NCBI GenBank assembly: GCA_016193365.1
Contig: JACPSI010000120.1
Span: forward strand, 2,640 to 66,639
Direction: 5' to 3'
DNA: 64,000 nt
Source: Ignavibacteriales bacterium
GTDB lineage: Bacteria > Bacteroidota > Ignavibacteria > UBA10030
The notes under the pieces were generated by a model. That model did not search any database. It worked only from the letters and a program-made list of their open reading frames with translations, and was not told the origin of the DNA. Of this stretch, positions 49,849 to 59,160 are shown piece after piece. The stretch's first letter is position 1. Each line of letters begins with the position of its first letter. Made by a program: the position numbers and the translations under genes.

Positions 49849-50619
49849 TCAAAAATGTAGGCTTAACCCAATACTCAGCAACAACAATGAGAAATCAAAC
49901 TCCGAGACTGACGGATCATCGAACGTTCCTTGCTCGACGGTGATTCTGCCATCTATCTTTCCGATTTTCGCCACTGTATACCTCGCCTCCGCCGTCGCCC
50001 GGAATGAAGAAAACAAGGGAATCGAAACGCCCGTTCCGACACCGACAAACATTCTCGTTTTGGAGTAATCAGCAACGACGTTGTGGAACACGAACGTGCT
50101 GTCGGATTCGGCGTTCTTGACGGTTTGTGTGCCGAATGTTTTTGCCTGCGCAAAGGCACGCACGGACCCAGCCTCAACAAAAGCATACGCTTCTGCCTCA
50201 TACTCCAGCGGAGGAAAGAAGTATGCAACTCCGAGGGCTAAGTTTTCAGAACCCAGGGAACGCTCCAGAGCGAGGTCGTAGCGATCTCCATCTAAACTTC
50301 CATCGCCATGGAACCCGTTGTCAACCCGATTGCTGAAACGAAAATAGGAAACAAAGAGCCCAAAATCGCGATCATAACGGTAGGCAATCTTCGCAGTGAC
50401 AGTTCCCAGAGAGTTAAAGTGGTCAAATGGCGCCATGGAAAGTCCAAGCACACTGTTCCAGTTGAACACCGTTCGGTCGAGCGTACTATTTACACTTCCC
50501 ATGCTCATGATGCCCCGAGCGTAAGAACCCGACACGGAGAAAGTCCCTTCCTGGGCAATGAGGCACGTAAACGGAAGAAAGAGAATAATCGTTTTACTTG
50601 CGATTCTCATAGGTGACAT
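49849..50619 (-). CDS. Outer-membrane beta-barrel protein (hypothetical)
   Basis: Signal peptide, beta-strand pattern, C-terminal ..GLSLHF. Confidence 0.7.
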   Translation of the reverse strand: MSPMRIASKTIILFLPFTCLIAQEGTFSVSGSYARGIMSMGSVNSTLDRTVFNWNSVLGLSMAPFDHFNSLGTVTAKIAYRYDRDFGLFVSYFRFSNRVDNGFHGDGSLDGDRYDLALERSLGSENLALGVAYFFPPLEYEAEAYAFVEAGSVRAFAQAKTFGTQTVKNAESDSTFVFHNVVADYSKTRMFVGVGTGVSIPLFSSFRATAEARYTVAKIGKIDGRITVEQGTFDDPSVSEFDFSLLLLSIGLSLHF

Positions 50620-50641
50620 GTGTGGAGTCTCTTTGGAAACG

Positions 50642-51859
50642 TCACGCTTGCGTCGGCCTCGCTCTCAATGCCAGGCGCGCCAGCACAATGCTTGCGCCTG
50701 TAAGGATTGCCCCCAGTAACATCGCGGCTCCGGGGAAATACCCGAGGGGGTTCTTTGCCGTAAAGTACGCAAAAATTGTATTCATCATAGGTGGCCCGAT
50801 GATTGCCGTGAAACTTGCCATACTCGTGAATCCGCCCTGCAATTCGCCCTGTTCATTCGCCGGAACGATGCCTGACATGATTGCCTGGAGCGCGGGCCCC
50901 GCAATGCCTCCCAGGCAGTAGACAACAGTAAATGCAAACATCATCCAGCTTGACGCCGCAAAAGCAAATAACACAAAGCCGGCAGTATAAAAGCCCAGGC
51001 CAACATAGACACTCCGATGCTGACCCAGCCGAGGGATGATGATCCGGATGAGCCATCCTTGCACAACAGCAAATACAATTCCAACGACGCCGAGAGAAAT
51101 GCCGATCATGGATTCATCCCATTGGAACTTCTCAATGGTATAGTAGGCCCAGTTGCTTTGTACGGCATGTGCGGCAATGTACACGAGGGCGAGCGCAATA
51201 AAAAGTTCGACGATGACCGGATAGCGAAAAATGCTTATTAATGTTCCAACGGGATTGGCACGTCGCCAGTCAAACTGACGGCGGTTCTCGGGCTTCAGTG
51301 ACTCGGGCAGGATGAAAAAGCCGTAGAGCCAGTTAAGGATGGTCAGTGCCCCGGCTGCCATGAACGGGACGCGTGCGCCGAATCCTCCCAGCAACCCGCC
51401 GATAATAGGTCCGATAATGAAGCCAAGGCCGAATGCAGCTCCAATCATCCCGAAATTCTGCGCCCTGTTTTCCTTCGTGCTGATGTCGGCAATATACGCG
51501 CCCGCTGTTGTGAAGCTTGCCCCCATAACTCCGGCAATAATGCGGCCCAAGAACAGCCAACCGATTGTGGGAGCAAAAGCCAGGAACATATAATCGCAAC
51601 CGAAACCGAACAACGACGCAAGCAGGACGGGCCTTCGTCCGAAGCGGTCGCTCAGACCTCCGACGATCGGAGCGCAAAGAAACTGCACGATCGCGTACGC
51701 TGCTATCAGCAGGCCACCGTACTTCGCAGCCTCGCTGATGGTTCCGCCCGTCATCGATTGAATGAGCTTCGGCATAACAGGGATGATGATGCCAAACCCC
51801 GTGACATCAATGAGCAGAGTGATGAAGATGAATTTTAAAGCCGGCTGGCGCTGGGGCAT
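50642..51859 (-). CDS. TCR/Tet (DHA1) family MFS transporter
   Basis: [35 protein letters not shown]. Confidence 0.93.
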   Translation of the reverse strand: MPQRQPALKFIFITLLIDVTGFGIIIPVMPKLIQSMTGGTISEAAKYGGLLIAAYAIVQFLCAPIVGGLSDRFGRRPVLLASLFGFGCDYMFLAFAPTIGWLFLGRIIAGVMGASFTTAGAYIADISTKENRAQNFGMIGAAFGLGFIIGPIIGGLLGGFGARVPFMAAGALTILNWLYGFFILPESLKPENRRQFDWRRANPVGTLISIFRYPVIVELFIALALVYIAAHAVQSNWAYYTIEKFQWDESMIGISLGVVGIVFAVVQGWLIRIIIPRLGQHRSVYVGLGFYTAGFVLFAFAASSWMMFAFTVVYCLGGIAGPALQAIMSGIVPANEQGELQGGFTSMASFTAIIGPPMMNTIFAYFTAKNPLGYFPGAAMLLGAILTGASIVLARLALRARPTQA

Positions 51860-51878
51860 GATTCTAAGCTAAGTGCGC

Positions 51879-52013
51879 GCTTCGACTCCGCTCAGCGCGA
51901 CTGATTGGTTCTTGTTGATTCCTCTTAAAAAAAATACAACTCGGTCCTATTGAAGAATGCTCTTGACGAGTGCACCCTTCGGCTCCGCTCATCCCGAGCG
52001 AAGTCGAGGGATG
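51879..52013. repeat. REP-like CTTCGACTCCGCTCAG / CCGAGCGAAGTCGAGGG units downstream of GIY-YIG
   Basis: Copies at 51879-51901 and 51970-52013. Confidence 0.85.
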
Positions 52014-52020
52014 CTCTAAG

Positions 52021-52362
52021 CTACTTATTCCCCGGCTGTGATTCCTTTTCTTTAGGCTCCTTGTTTCTAAAATGCGTGGCGTTCTTACATTCGGCGAGCC
52101 AATGCAGCAGTTGGAAATCTCCATTCATCAATGCTTCTTTTTTCTTTCGTGTCCACTTCTTGATCTGCCGCTCAACATCGAATGCCTGGTCCCTATCAGG
52201 AAACTCATCCGACCAGAGCAACTTTACAGGACGTCGTGCTGCCGTGTAACCATCATACACACCGGCTTGATGCTGCTCAACGCGATGGTCCAGATCTACC
52301 GTGCTGCCGGTGTAGTAGGTTCCATCAGAACAGAGGAGAATGTAGACCCAGGCTTCAGACAT
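52021..52362 (-). CDS. GIY-YIG nuclease (YhbQ-like)
   Basis: WVYILLCSDGTYYTGST..R..QH, YT..RRPV, ERQIKKW.RKKKEAL. Confidence 0.93.
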   Translation of the reverse strand: MSEAWVYILLCSDGTYYTGSTVDLDHRVEQHQAGVYDGYTAARRPVKLLWSDEFPDRDQAFDVERQIKKWTRKKKEALMNGDFQLLHWLAECKNATHFRNKEPKEKESQPGNK

Positions 52363-52380
52363 CAATTCACGCAGAGGGGC

Positions 52381-52600
52381 GCTTCGACTTCGCTCAGCGC
52401 GACCGGTTAGTTTTTGCGGTTTTCATGAGAAAAAAGAATCATCACGAGGGAGTCAGGCCTCCTCCAAGCTAGTGCACCCTTCGACTTCGCTCAGGGTGAC
52501 TTGTTACTTTTTTCTTTTAATAAACCAAACAAATGAAGAACATCCCGAGCGCCTGCCCGCCTTATTGAACTTCAAGGCAGGCGGGGAGTCGAGGGATGTT
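52381..52600. repeat. REP-like units upstream of GIY-YIG, one with nested 34-nt insert
   Basis: Copies at 52381-52403, 52472-52500 and 52539-52600 (insert 52552-52585). Confidence 0.85.
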
Positions 52601-52618
52601 CCCGTGACGAGGTTTTTT

Positions 52619-54046
52619 CTAGAACGGCGTCTCCGGGCCTTCGGGCGGCATCAACATATCGACACTCAGTGGCTTGTAGCTTTCAAACCTCGCGTATTGC
52701 TTGATGAAGGAAACTTTCACGGAGTCTGTCGGCCCGTTGCGCTGCTTACCAATGATAATCTGCGCGAGCCCTTCTGTCGGTTCCCCGTCTTCCTCCGTGA
52801 TACCATACATTTCCGGGCGATGCACAAACATCACCACGTCGGCATCCTGCTCGATCGCTCCGGATTCACGCAAATCGGCAAGGGCGGGACGCTTGTCGCT
52901 CCGGTTCTCCACAGCGCGGTTTAACTGCGAAAGCGCTATGACAGGAACATTGATTTCCTTTGCCAGCGCCTTGAGTGAGCGCGAGATAGCCGAGATTTCC
53001 TGCTCACGGCTCGGCGCCGCTTTCGGCCCCTGCATAAGTTGCAGATAGTCGACAACGATCATGTCGATGTTGTGTTCTGCCTTCAGCCTTCTTGCTTTCG
53101 CTCGCAACTCGAGAATGCCCAGGGAGGGTGTGTCGTCGATAAAGATTTTTGCCTTGTACAGTCTTCCAACGCTCGTGCTGAGCTTGCGCCATTCGTCTTC
53201 GGGGAGGCGCCCCGTCCGTACTTTATGCGCGTCAACTCTTGCCTCGGCGCAAATCAAGCGCATGACCAGTTGCTGATTAGACATTTCCAGGCTGAAAAAG
53301 CCGACGGACTTGTCATGCAAGACAGACGCGTTGCGGGCAAGAGAAAGCACAAGCGCGGTTTTTCCCTGGCTGGGTCGTCCGGCAACGATAATGAGGTCGG
53401 AGTTTTGAAATCCTCCGGTCAGGTTGTCCAAATCGGCAAATCCGGACGGTACGCCCGTCACGCCGCTATGTTTGCCGTGGATACTTTGTAAAAGCTCCAT
53501 CGTGCTGTGGACGGCGGTGTTCATCGAGACGAAGCTTTTCTTCATCCGTTGTTCGGAGATGTCGAAAATCCGCTGCTCGGCGTTGTCCAATAAATCGAGA
53601 GCATCCTCCGAATCGCTGAACGCCCTGCCGATCACTTCCGAAGACGTCGCTATCAGCTGACGCATCAAAGCCTTCTCGAGTATGATGTGGGCGTGGAATT
53701 CCACATTCGCCCCGCTCGTGACTTTCCCGGTCAGCTCGGTGAGATAATACTCTCCGCCGATTTTTTCCAGCTCCCCGCGCCTTCGCAACTCTTCGCTCAG
53801 TGTGATCAAGTCCACTGGCTCGCTGCGCTCGAAAAGGCCGATCATTGCTTTGAAGATGCTCGTGTGCGCGGGCTTGTAGAAAACATTCTCGTTCAACACT
53901 TCCAACGCCTTGCCGATGGCTTCTTTTTCCAGAAGCATGGCTCCGAGCACGGCCATTTCAATGTCCATCGCTTGCGGAGGGACACGGCCTTCGGTGGAGA
54001 TCGAAGGGATGGTGTTGAGGTCAAAAATCTTGCGTGGTTCTGCCAT
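52619..54046 (-). CDS. dnaB: Replicative DNA helicase
   Basis: AGRPSQGKT, FSLEMS, VDYLQLM, ALSQLNR, DLRESGAIEQDAD, KQRNGPT. Confidence 0.98.
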   Translation of the reverse strand: MAEPRKIFDLNTIPSISTEGRVPPQAMDIEMAVLGAMLLEKEAIGKALEVLNENVFYKPAHTSIFKAMIGLFERSEPVDLITLSEELRRRGELEKIGGEYYLTELTGKVTSGANVEFHAHIILEKALMRQLIATSSEVIGRAFSDSEDALDLLDNAEQRIFDISEQRMKKSFVSMNTAVHSTMELLQSIHGKHSGVTGVPSGFADLDNLTGGFQNSDLIIVAGRPSQGKTALVLSLARNASVLHDKSVGFFSLEMSNQQLVMRLICAEARVDAHKVRTGRLPEDEWRKLSTSVGRLYKAKIFIDDTPSLGILELRAKARRLKAEHNIDMIVVDYLQLMQGPKAAPSREQEISAISRSLKALAKEINVPVIALSQLNRAVENRSDKRPALADLRESGAIEQDADVVMFVHRPEMYGITEEDGEPTEGLAQIIIGKQRNGPTDSVKVSFIKQYARFESYKPLSVDMLMPPEGPETPF

Positions 54047-54100
54047 TTGAAAACTCCTGATTCGCTTTTCCCCGACGTGGAGATCGGCGTATTTATAGAA

Positions 54101-55264
54101 TTAGTCTATTAACGGCGCAATCCATAACCCGATCATGTAGGTGATTACGGCTTCACCGAGCCCGACAAGTGTCATTTCCGTCCCGCTCTTGAGCCATGAG
54201 CGACCGGTGACGACGACTTTCGAGGCTCCGACGATGAAATGTGCAACGGTGCTCACGATGAACGAGATGCCTAGCGCCGTCATGCCTGTCCAGAAAATAA
54301 ACGGCAGCACCGGCACCATTGCTCCCACTGCTGTGGAGATCGTTGCGCTCGCCGCTGCGCTCCAGGGCTTGGGGAAAGACTGCTCGGAGAGTCCCAGCTC
54401 CTCGTGCGCCAGTGTTTTCAGCATGTGGTCGGGCTCTTTCGCCAGCCGTGCAACCATCCGCTTCGCTTCCTTCGGCGAAAATCCCTTCAACTGGTAAAAC
54501 AACTCCAACTCTTCCTTTTCTTCCTCCGGGTTTTCCTCGATTTCTTTTTTCTCGCGTTCCAGTTCCGCTTGATATACCTCTCGCTCCGATTTTGTTGCAA
54601 GGTAAGCCCCACTCCCCATCGAGAGCGCAGAAGCAATGGCTGCCGCAAAACCGCTCAAAAGCACAAACTCGCTGTTGGTGTTCGTCGCTCCCGCCACACC
54701 GCTCACGACGCCAAATGCAGCGCCGAGGCCGTCATTGACGCCGTAAATCGCCTGGCCAATCCAGCCCCCGGCACGCACATGCCATTTCTCCCGACGGAAA
54801 ATCGAATCGAGCCTGCTTTGCGGATGGTGCGGGGGGTGGCCTCGGCCATCCAGCATTTCTTCGAGCATCAGGCTGTGCGCTTTTTCTTCCTTTTGGAATT
54901 CGAGAATTGCCTTCTTATCTGCCTTGCTTTCGGTCTGTGCCAGCATCGTTTCATAAAGAGCGTCAGCCCCCGCTTCACCGGCTTCGAGCATCTGCGCCGC
55001 GACGTCTGGAGAGCTTTTTAACATCATCCACCGACGGGCGCGCTCGGCCAGCGTTTCAGAAAATTCTCCCGGGTGAGCACTGAGGTCCTTCAAGCGTTGA
55101 GCCCACCGCGCAGCGTGTTTGTCCTCGGCATCGGCCATTTTCAGCAAAATAGATTTCCGGCGACTATCGCGTTCCTTCGCAGCAAGGGCACGGTAGTTTG
55201 CAGCGCTGAGCATTTCGTCGCGCCAGGCTTGCTTCAGGTTTTGGATGTAAGAGCTGTTGTTCAT
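54101..55264 (-). CDS. Ferritin/rubrerythrin-like + VIT1/CCC1 iron transporter (MbfA-like architecture)
   Basis: E..EDKH..E..EEKAH di-iron pattern; IYGVNDGL, ALSMGSGAYL, HEELG. Confidence 0.88.
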   Translation of the reverse strand: MNNSSYIQNLKQAWRDEMLSAANYRALAAKERDSRRKSILLKMADAEDKHAARWAQRLKDLSAHPGEFSETLAERARRWMMLKSSPDVAAQMLEAGEAGADALYETMLAQTESKADKKAILEFQKEEKAHSLMLEEMLDGRGHPPHHPQSRLDSIFRREKWHVRAGGWIGQAIYGVNDGLGAAFGVVSGVAGATNTNSEFVLLSGFAAAIASALSMGSGAYLATKSEREVYQAELEREKKEIEENPEEEKEELELFYQLKGFSPKEAKRMVARLAKEPDHMLKTLAHEELGLSEQSFPKPWSAAASATISTAVGAMVPVLPFIFWTGMTALGISFIVSTVAHFIVGASKVVVTGRSWLKSGTEMTLVGLGEAVITYMIGLWIAPLID

Positions 55265-55301
55265 CTACCTTAGACCGATACGGGACCTGCGTTCCACAGA
55301 A

Positions 55302-55913
55302 TCAGAATGCTGACTTTGTTGTATATCCTTTGGGAACTTCGAATTTTTCGGGAGGAACTTTCGCGTTTTCCTCCAGCTTGACAGCCTGGGCGATCGTCTG
55401 CATTCCCCCTCCTGTGACATCCGAAAAAAGGCAGATGCCGTTCCAGCCTGCATACACCATGGCTGAAGAACTCTGCTTGTATTCATACGCATCGCAGATT
55501 CTTCCCGCGACGGTTTTCGACCCTAATTTCTTAGCAATTCCTGCTTTCTTATCCTTCTCTGAGACTTCACTCCAGTCCACCTTCAACTCGGTTCCGGCTG
55601 ATGCAGGCCCGGAGAAGTACGCAGTCTTTTGTTCATGAATGACCTTCACCAAATCTTTGCCGTTGCTAAAAAAAGATTCTGTTAGCACTTCGTTTTCGAA
55701 GGTCTCCTTGCATTCCTTCATTCCGTAGTCGTCAAAGTAGACGATATGTTTGCTCTTCTGAAAGAATTTCCCGCCCATTTTCATATCCTGTTCGAACGTA
55801 ACGATCCCCGATTTGATTCCGTATTTCTTAACCTGAGAGTGTGCTGGGGCTGTCGACAACACAACCAGAGATATAACGATAACATTTCTAAGCGTGACCT
55901 TCGCGATGTTCAT
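55302..55913 (-). CDS. Hypothetical secreted protein
   Basis: Signal peptide (PAHS|Q), KYGIKSG, YFDDYG, G.KTVAGRIC, FEVP.GY; AGGAG RBS. Confidence 0.8.
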   Translation of the reverse strand: MNIAKVTLRNVIVISLVVLSTAPAHSQVKKYGIKSGIVTFEQDMKMGGKFFQKSKHIVYFDDYGMKECKETFENEVLTESFFSNGKDLVKVIHEQKTAYFSGPASAGTELKVDWSEVSEKDKKAGIAKKLGSKTVAGRICDAYEYKQSSSAMVYAGWNGICLFSDVTGGGMQTIAQAVKLEENAKVPPEKFEVPKGYTTKSAF

Positions 55914-55986
55914 AGCATTGGCTCCTTTATTTGTCGGTTGAAGGCGGACAAACCTGCGTACCGAAGAAATTTCGATTCAGCGGGAA

Positions 55987-56030
55987 AACCTTCCGAAGGT
56001 CCTGAGAACACGATGAAACCTTCGGAAGGT
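55987..56030. repeat. AACCTTCCGAAGGT/AACCTTCGGAAGGT REP doublet
   Basis: Units at 55987 and 56017. Confidence 0.85.
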
Positions 56031-56032
56031 CA

Positions 56033-56839
56033 TCATTTTTTCATCTCGTCGTACATCTTCCGGAACACCTGGACATCTTCCCACGTTGGCCGCTTCCAGT
56101 TCGGGTTGCGAAGCAGTGCAGCGGGGTGATACGTCACCATGAGTTTGATGCCATGGTATTCGTGCACTTTTCCGCGTAACTGGGAGAGCGAGGCATTCGT
56201 TTTCATCAACACCTGCGCAGCAATGCGGCCCAGGCAGAGGATCAATTTCGGTTTGATAATCTCGAGCTGCCTCCAGAGGTGCGGCTCGCACGCGTCGATT
56301 TCTTCCGGCTGGGGGTCTCTGTTGTTCGGCGGGCGGCATTTCAGGATATTGCAGATATACACTTCCTCGCGCTTGAACCGGATCGCTTCCAGTATCTTGT
56401 TCAACAGTTGCCCCGCCCTGCCGACAAATGGCTCGCCCTGGGCGTCTTCGTCCGCACCCGGCGCTTCGCCGACGATCACGATTTCTGCTTTGGGGTTTCC
56501 AACGCCGAACACAAACTTTGTGCGGGTAAACCCCAACGGACATTTCGTGCAGTTGCAGATGAGCCGGTTGAGTTCATCCAGGCTTTGTGCGGCAACCCAT
56601 GGCTCGTTGGGATACCGGAAAACCGCCGGCTCCGACACTTTTTTGACAGAGGCTTCGACACGGTTTCCAAACAAATCGACCTCTGACTTTTCTGCGACAG
56701 CGGGCGTCGGAGAGGGAGTTTTCACTCCGGCCTCAGGCTTTCCGACAAAGACGATATCGCCATACAGTTCTTTCTCCTGCTTAAGGTACTTTTCAGCGTT
56801 GGAAAGGATTTCGTCGAATTCTTCTTGCGGGGTGGGCAT
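56033..56839 (-). CDS. udg: Uracil-DNA glycosylase family 4
   Basis: C..C, GEAPGADED, PFVGRAG, KCRPP.NR, TYHPAALLR. Confidence 0.95.
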   Translation of the reverse strand: MPTPQEEFDEILSNAEKYLKQEKELYGDIVFVGKPEAGVKTPSPTPAVAEKSEVDLFGNRVEASVKKVSEPAVFRYPNEPWVAAQSLDELNRLICNCTKCPLGFTRTKFVFGVGNPKAEIVIVGEAPGADEDAQGEPFVGRAGQLLNKILEAIRFKREEVYICNILKCRPPNNRDPQPEEIDACEPHLWRQLEIIKPKLILCLGRIAAQVLMKTNASLSQLRGKVHEYHGIKLMVTYHPAALLRNPNWKRPTWEDVQVFRKMYDEMKK

Positions 56840-56846
56840 GGAAACC

Positions 56847-56989
56847 GTAGGTCGGCATTTAATGCCGGGCTACATGTTGCGTTGTAGTCTTGTTAAACCT
56901 TCCGAAGGTTCGCCGTGGAAGACTCCCGGAGTCTCACAGAGACGATGCGCTTGTAAGACTCCGGGAGTCTCATCCTTACCTTCGGAAGG
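56847..56989. repeat. GTAG-type palindrome plus nested REP doublets
   Basis: GTAGGTCGGCATTTAATGCCGGGCTAC (56847-56873); AACCTTCCGAAGG[AGACTCCCGGAGTCT..AGACTCCGGGAGTCT]ACCTTCGGAAGG. Confidence 0.85.
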
Positions 56990-56993
56990 GCAA

Positions 56994-58205
56994 TTACAAC
57001 AGTTTTTTCACTCTGTCCAGAATCTCGTTTGCCACGTCGAATTTCGACAGCTTCGGGAGTTTCTGGACTTTTCCTTTTTTGTCGATAAATGTCACGGCGT
57101 TGGCGTCCGACCCGAAAACATCGGCGGATTCTCTGAGAGAATTCAGGACAACCAGGTCCATGTTCTTCTTTCTCACTTTTGCTTTTGCGTTGCTCAGCTC
57201 GTTTTCCGTTTCAAGCGCAAACCCGACGACGACGTGGCCGTTTTTTGTTTTACCCACCGACTCGAGAATATCGACGGTCGGCGCAAGTTTCAGCTCCGGG
57301 ATACTGGTTGCACCATTCTTCTTAATCTTGTTTTTCGCCTGTTTTTCCGGCGCAAAGTCTGCAACTGCGGCAGCCATGATGATCGCATCAGCCTTTTTTG
57401 CGCGGGCAGCGACAGCTTCGTGCATTTGTTGTGCCGATTCAACGTTGATCCGCTCCACGTTGCGCGGTGTTTCCAGTGCAACGGGTCCGCTGACGAGTGT
57501 TACCCGAGCTCCCCGCAAGGCCGCCGCGTTGGCGATGGCAAATCCCATTTTCCCCGAGGAACGGTTTCCGATAAATCGCACGGGGTCAATCGCCTCATAC
57601 GTCGGTCCCGCCGTCACAAGAATATGCTTCTTCTGCAGATCCTGGTTCGTCTTGCGCAGCACATCCTCAACAAATGCGATGATGGGCTCGATGTCGGGCA
57701 AACGTCCCGGGCCTTTCAAACCGCTGGCGTGTTCCCCCTCGGGCGAAGGAATAACGAAATACCCGCGCTCCCTTAACAATGACAGGTTCTTCTGCGTTAT
57801 CTCGCTCAGAAACATGTCCGCGTCCATCGTCGGCGCAAGGACGATGGGCCTGGTGCAGGCGAGGGCAACAACGGTGAGAAAATTATCCGCCAATCCGTGC
57901 GTCAGCTTGGCGACCGAATTGGCCGACGCAGGAGCGATCAACAGAATGTCCGCCCATTGTGCAAGGTCGATGTGCCTCGTGCCGATGTCGGACTTTGTGT
58001 CCTGATTCGTCATCCAGAGGTCCGTGTAAACATCGTGGCCGGAGAGTGCAGAAAATGTCATCGGCGTGACAAACTTTGTGGCCGAATGCGTCATGATGAC
58101 CTTGACGTCTGCGCCGGCACGCTTCATCTCACGCACAAGGTAGCAGCATTTGTACGCCGCAATTCCGCCGGTCACTCCGAGCGCTATGTGCTTTCCTTTC
58201 AGCAC
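56994..58205 (-). CDS. coaBC: Phosphopantothenoylcysteine decarboxylase/ligase
   Basis: GVTGGIAAYK, APASAN, TAGPT.E.IDPVRFIGNRSSGKMG, GFALET. Confidence 0.97.
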   Translation of the reverse strand: MLKGKHIALGVTGGIAAYKCCYLVREMKRAGADVKVIMTHSATKFVTPMTFSALSGHDVYTDLWMTNQDTKSDIGTRHIDLAQWADILLIAPASANSVAKLTHGLADNFLTVVALACTRPIVLAPTMDADMFLSEITQKNLSLLRERGYFVIPSPEGEHASGLKGPGRLPDIEPIIAFVEDVLRKTNQDLQKKHILVTAGPTYEAIDPVRFIGNRSSGKMGFAIANAAALRGARVTLVSGPVALETPRNVERINVESAQQMHEAVAARAKKADAIIMAAAVADFAPEKQAKNKIKKNGATSIPELKLAPTVDILESVGKTKNGHVVVGFALETENELSNAKAKVRKKNMDLVVLNSLRESADVFGSDANAVTFIDKKGKVQKLPKLSKFDVANEILDRVKKLL

Positions 58206-58213
58206 GAGTTCTG

Positions 58214-58552
58214 TTACTCGGTTTCCTCTTCTTTTGGTTTTACTTCTTCGACTTCTTTGTACCGCCATTCGAGGGAGTCAGAAGTCAGATCCTTCAATGC
58301 AACATCGGTAGGTTTCGAACGTTGCTCAAACTCCAGGCTGATTTTCAGCTGGTCGGGGTTGACGGCGGTGTCCATCTCGTCTTCGGCCTCCGTCGTCGTC
58401 GAAAGCTGGTTGAGCGTCTCGATTCTCTGGCGGAGCTCGATCTTGATTTCATCATGGACCTGGCGTGCGCGTTTGGAAGCGATGACGATTGCTTCGTACA
58501 GGTTTGAAACGTTGCTGATGAATTTCTCCATGTCGACTGGCTTTAACGGCAC
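58214..58552 (-). CDS. rpoZ: RNA polymerase omega subunit
   Basis: NLYEAIVIASKRARQ, KPT..AL; lies between gmk and coaBC. Confidence 0.9.
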   Translation of the reverse strand: MPLKPVDMEKFISNVSNLYEAIVIASKRARQVHDEIKIELRQRIETLNQLSTTTEAEDEMDTAVNPDQLKISLEFEQRSKPTDVALKDLTSDSLEWRYKEVEEVKPKEEETE

Positions 58553-58566
58553 TGCGTTGTACCTCC

Positions 58567-59160
58567 TTAGTGTTGTAACGTTGTTGAGTGAGTGTGTTCT
58601 TTAATAATTGCATCTATTTCGGCGATGGCTCGTTCGAGCTCATCGTTGACAACCTGGAAGTCGAATTCTCTTCCTTTTTCCATCTCCATTTCTGCGCGTT
58701 CAAGGCGTCTCCGCATCGTCGCAGGGTCTTCCGTTTTTCTGTTTATGAGTCTCTCCTTCAACGCTTCAAAGCTCGGTGGCTTGATAAATATCAAGACAGC
58801 GTCCTGGGGATACTTGCGCTTGATGGAAAGAGCGCCCTTCACGTCAACATCAAACAGCATGACACGGCCACCGGTCAACGCCCTCTCAACTTCGCTTTTG
58901 AGGGTCCCATAATAGTTGCCGTGCGTTTCATCGGGATATTTTTCCCATTCGACGAGGTCCTGCGTGGACAGTTTTTTCTCAAACTGCTCACGTGAAAGAA
59001 AGAAGTAGTCTTTGCCTTCCTTTTCCTCGTTGCGCATCGGCCTTGTTGTCGCCGAGACGGAAAACAGCATTTCGGGATATTTCTGCATGATCGCCTTCGC
59101 GATGGTCGTTTTTCCGCTGCCGCTGGGCGCGGAAAGCACGATAAGCTTTCCCCGGCTCAC
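58567..59160 (-). CDS. gmk: Guanylate kinase
   Basis: SAPSGSGKT, SVSATTR..R..E..GKDY.F, NYYGT. Confidence 0.97.
   Translation of the reverse strand: MSRGKLIVLSAPSGSGKTTIAKAIMQKYPEMLFSVSATTRPMRNEEKEGKDYFFLSREQFEKKLSTQDLVEWEKYPDETHGNYYGTLKSEVERALTGGRVMLFDVDVKGALSIKRKYPQDAVLIFIKPPSFEALKERLINRKTEDPATMRRRLERAEMEMEKGREFDFQVVNDELERAIAEIDAIIKEHTHSTTLQH

Noticed and set aside
50642..51859. Acquired tetracycline-resistance gene
   Set aside because: Generic DHA1-family MFS; no tetR or transposon context, and substrate cannot be inferred
52619..54046. Intein in DnaB
   Set aside because: Normal length (475 aa) with contiguous motifs
56139..57776. 545-aa plus-strand ORF
   Set aside because: Antisense shadow of udg and coaBC running through repeats; no recognisable motifs
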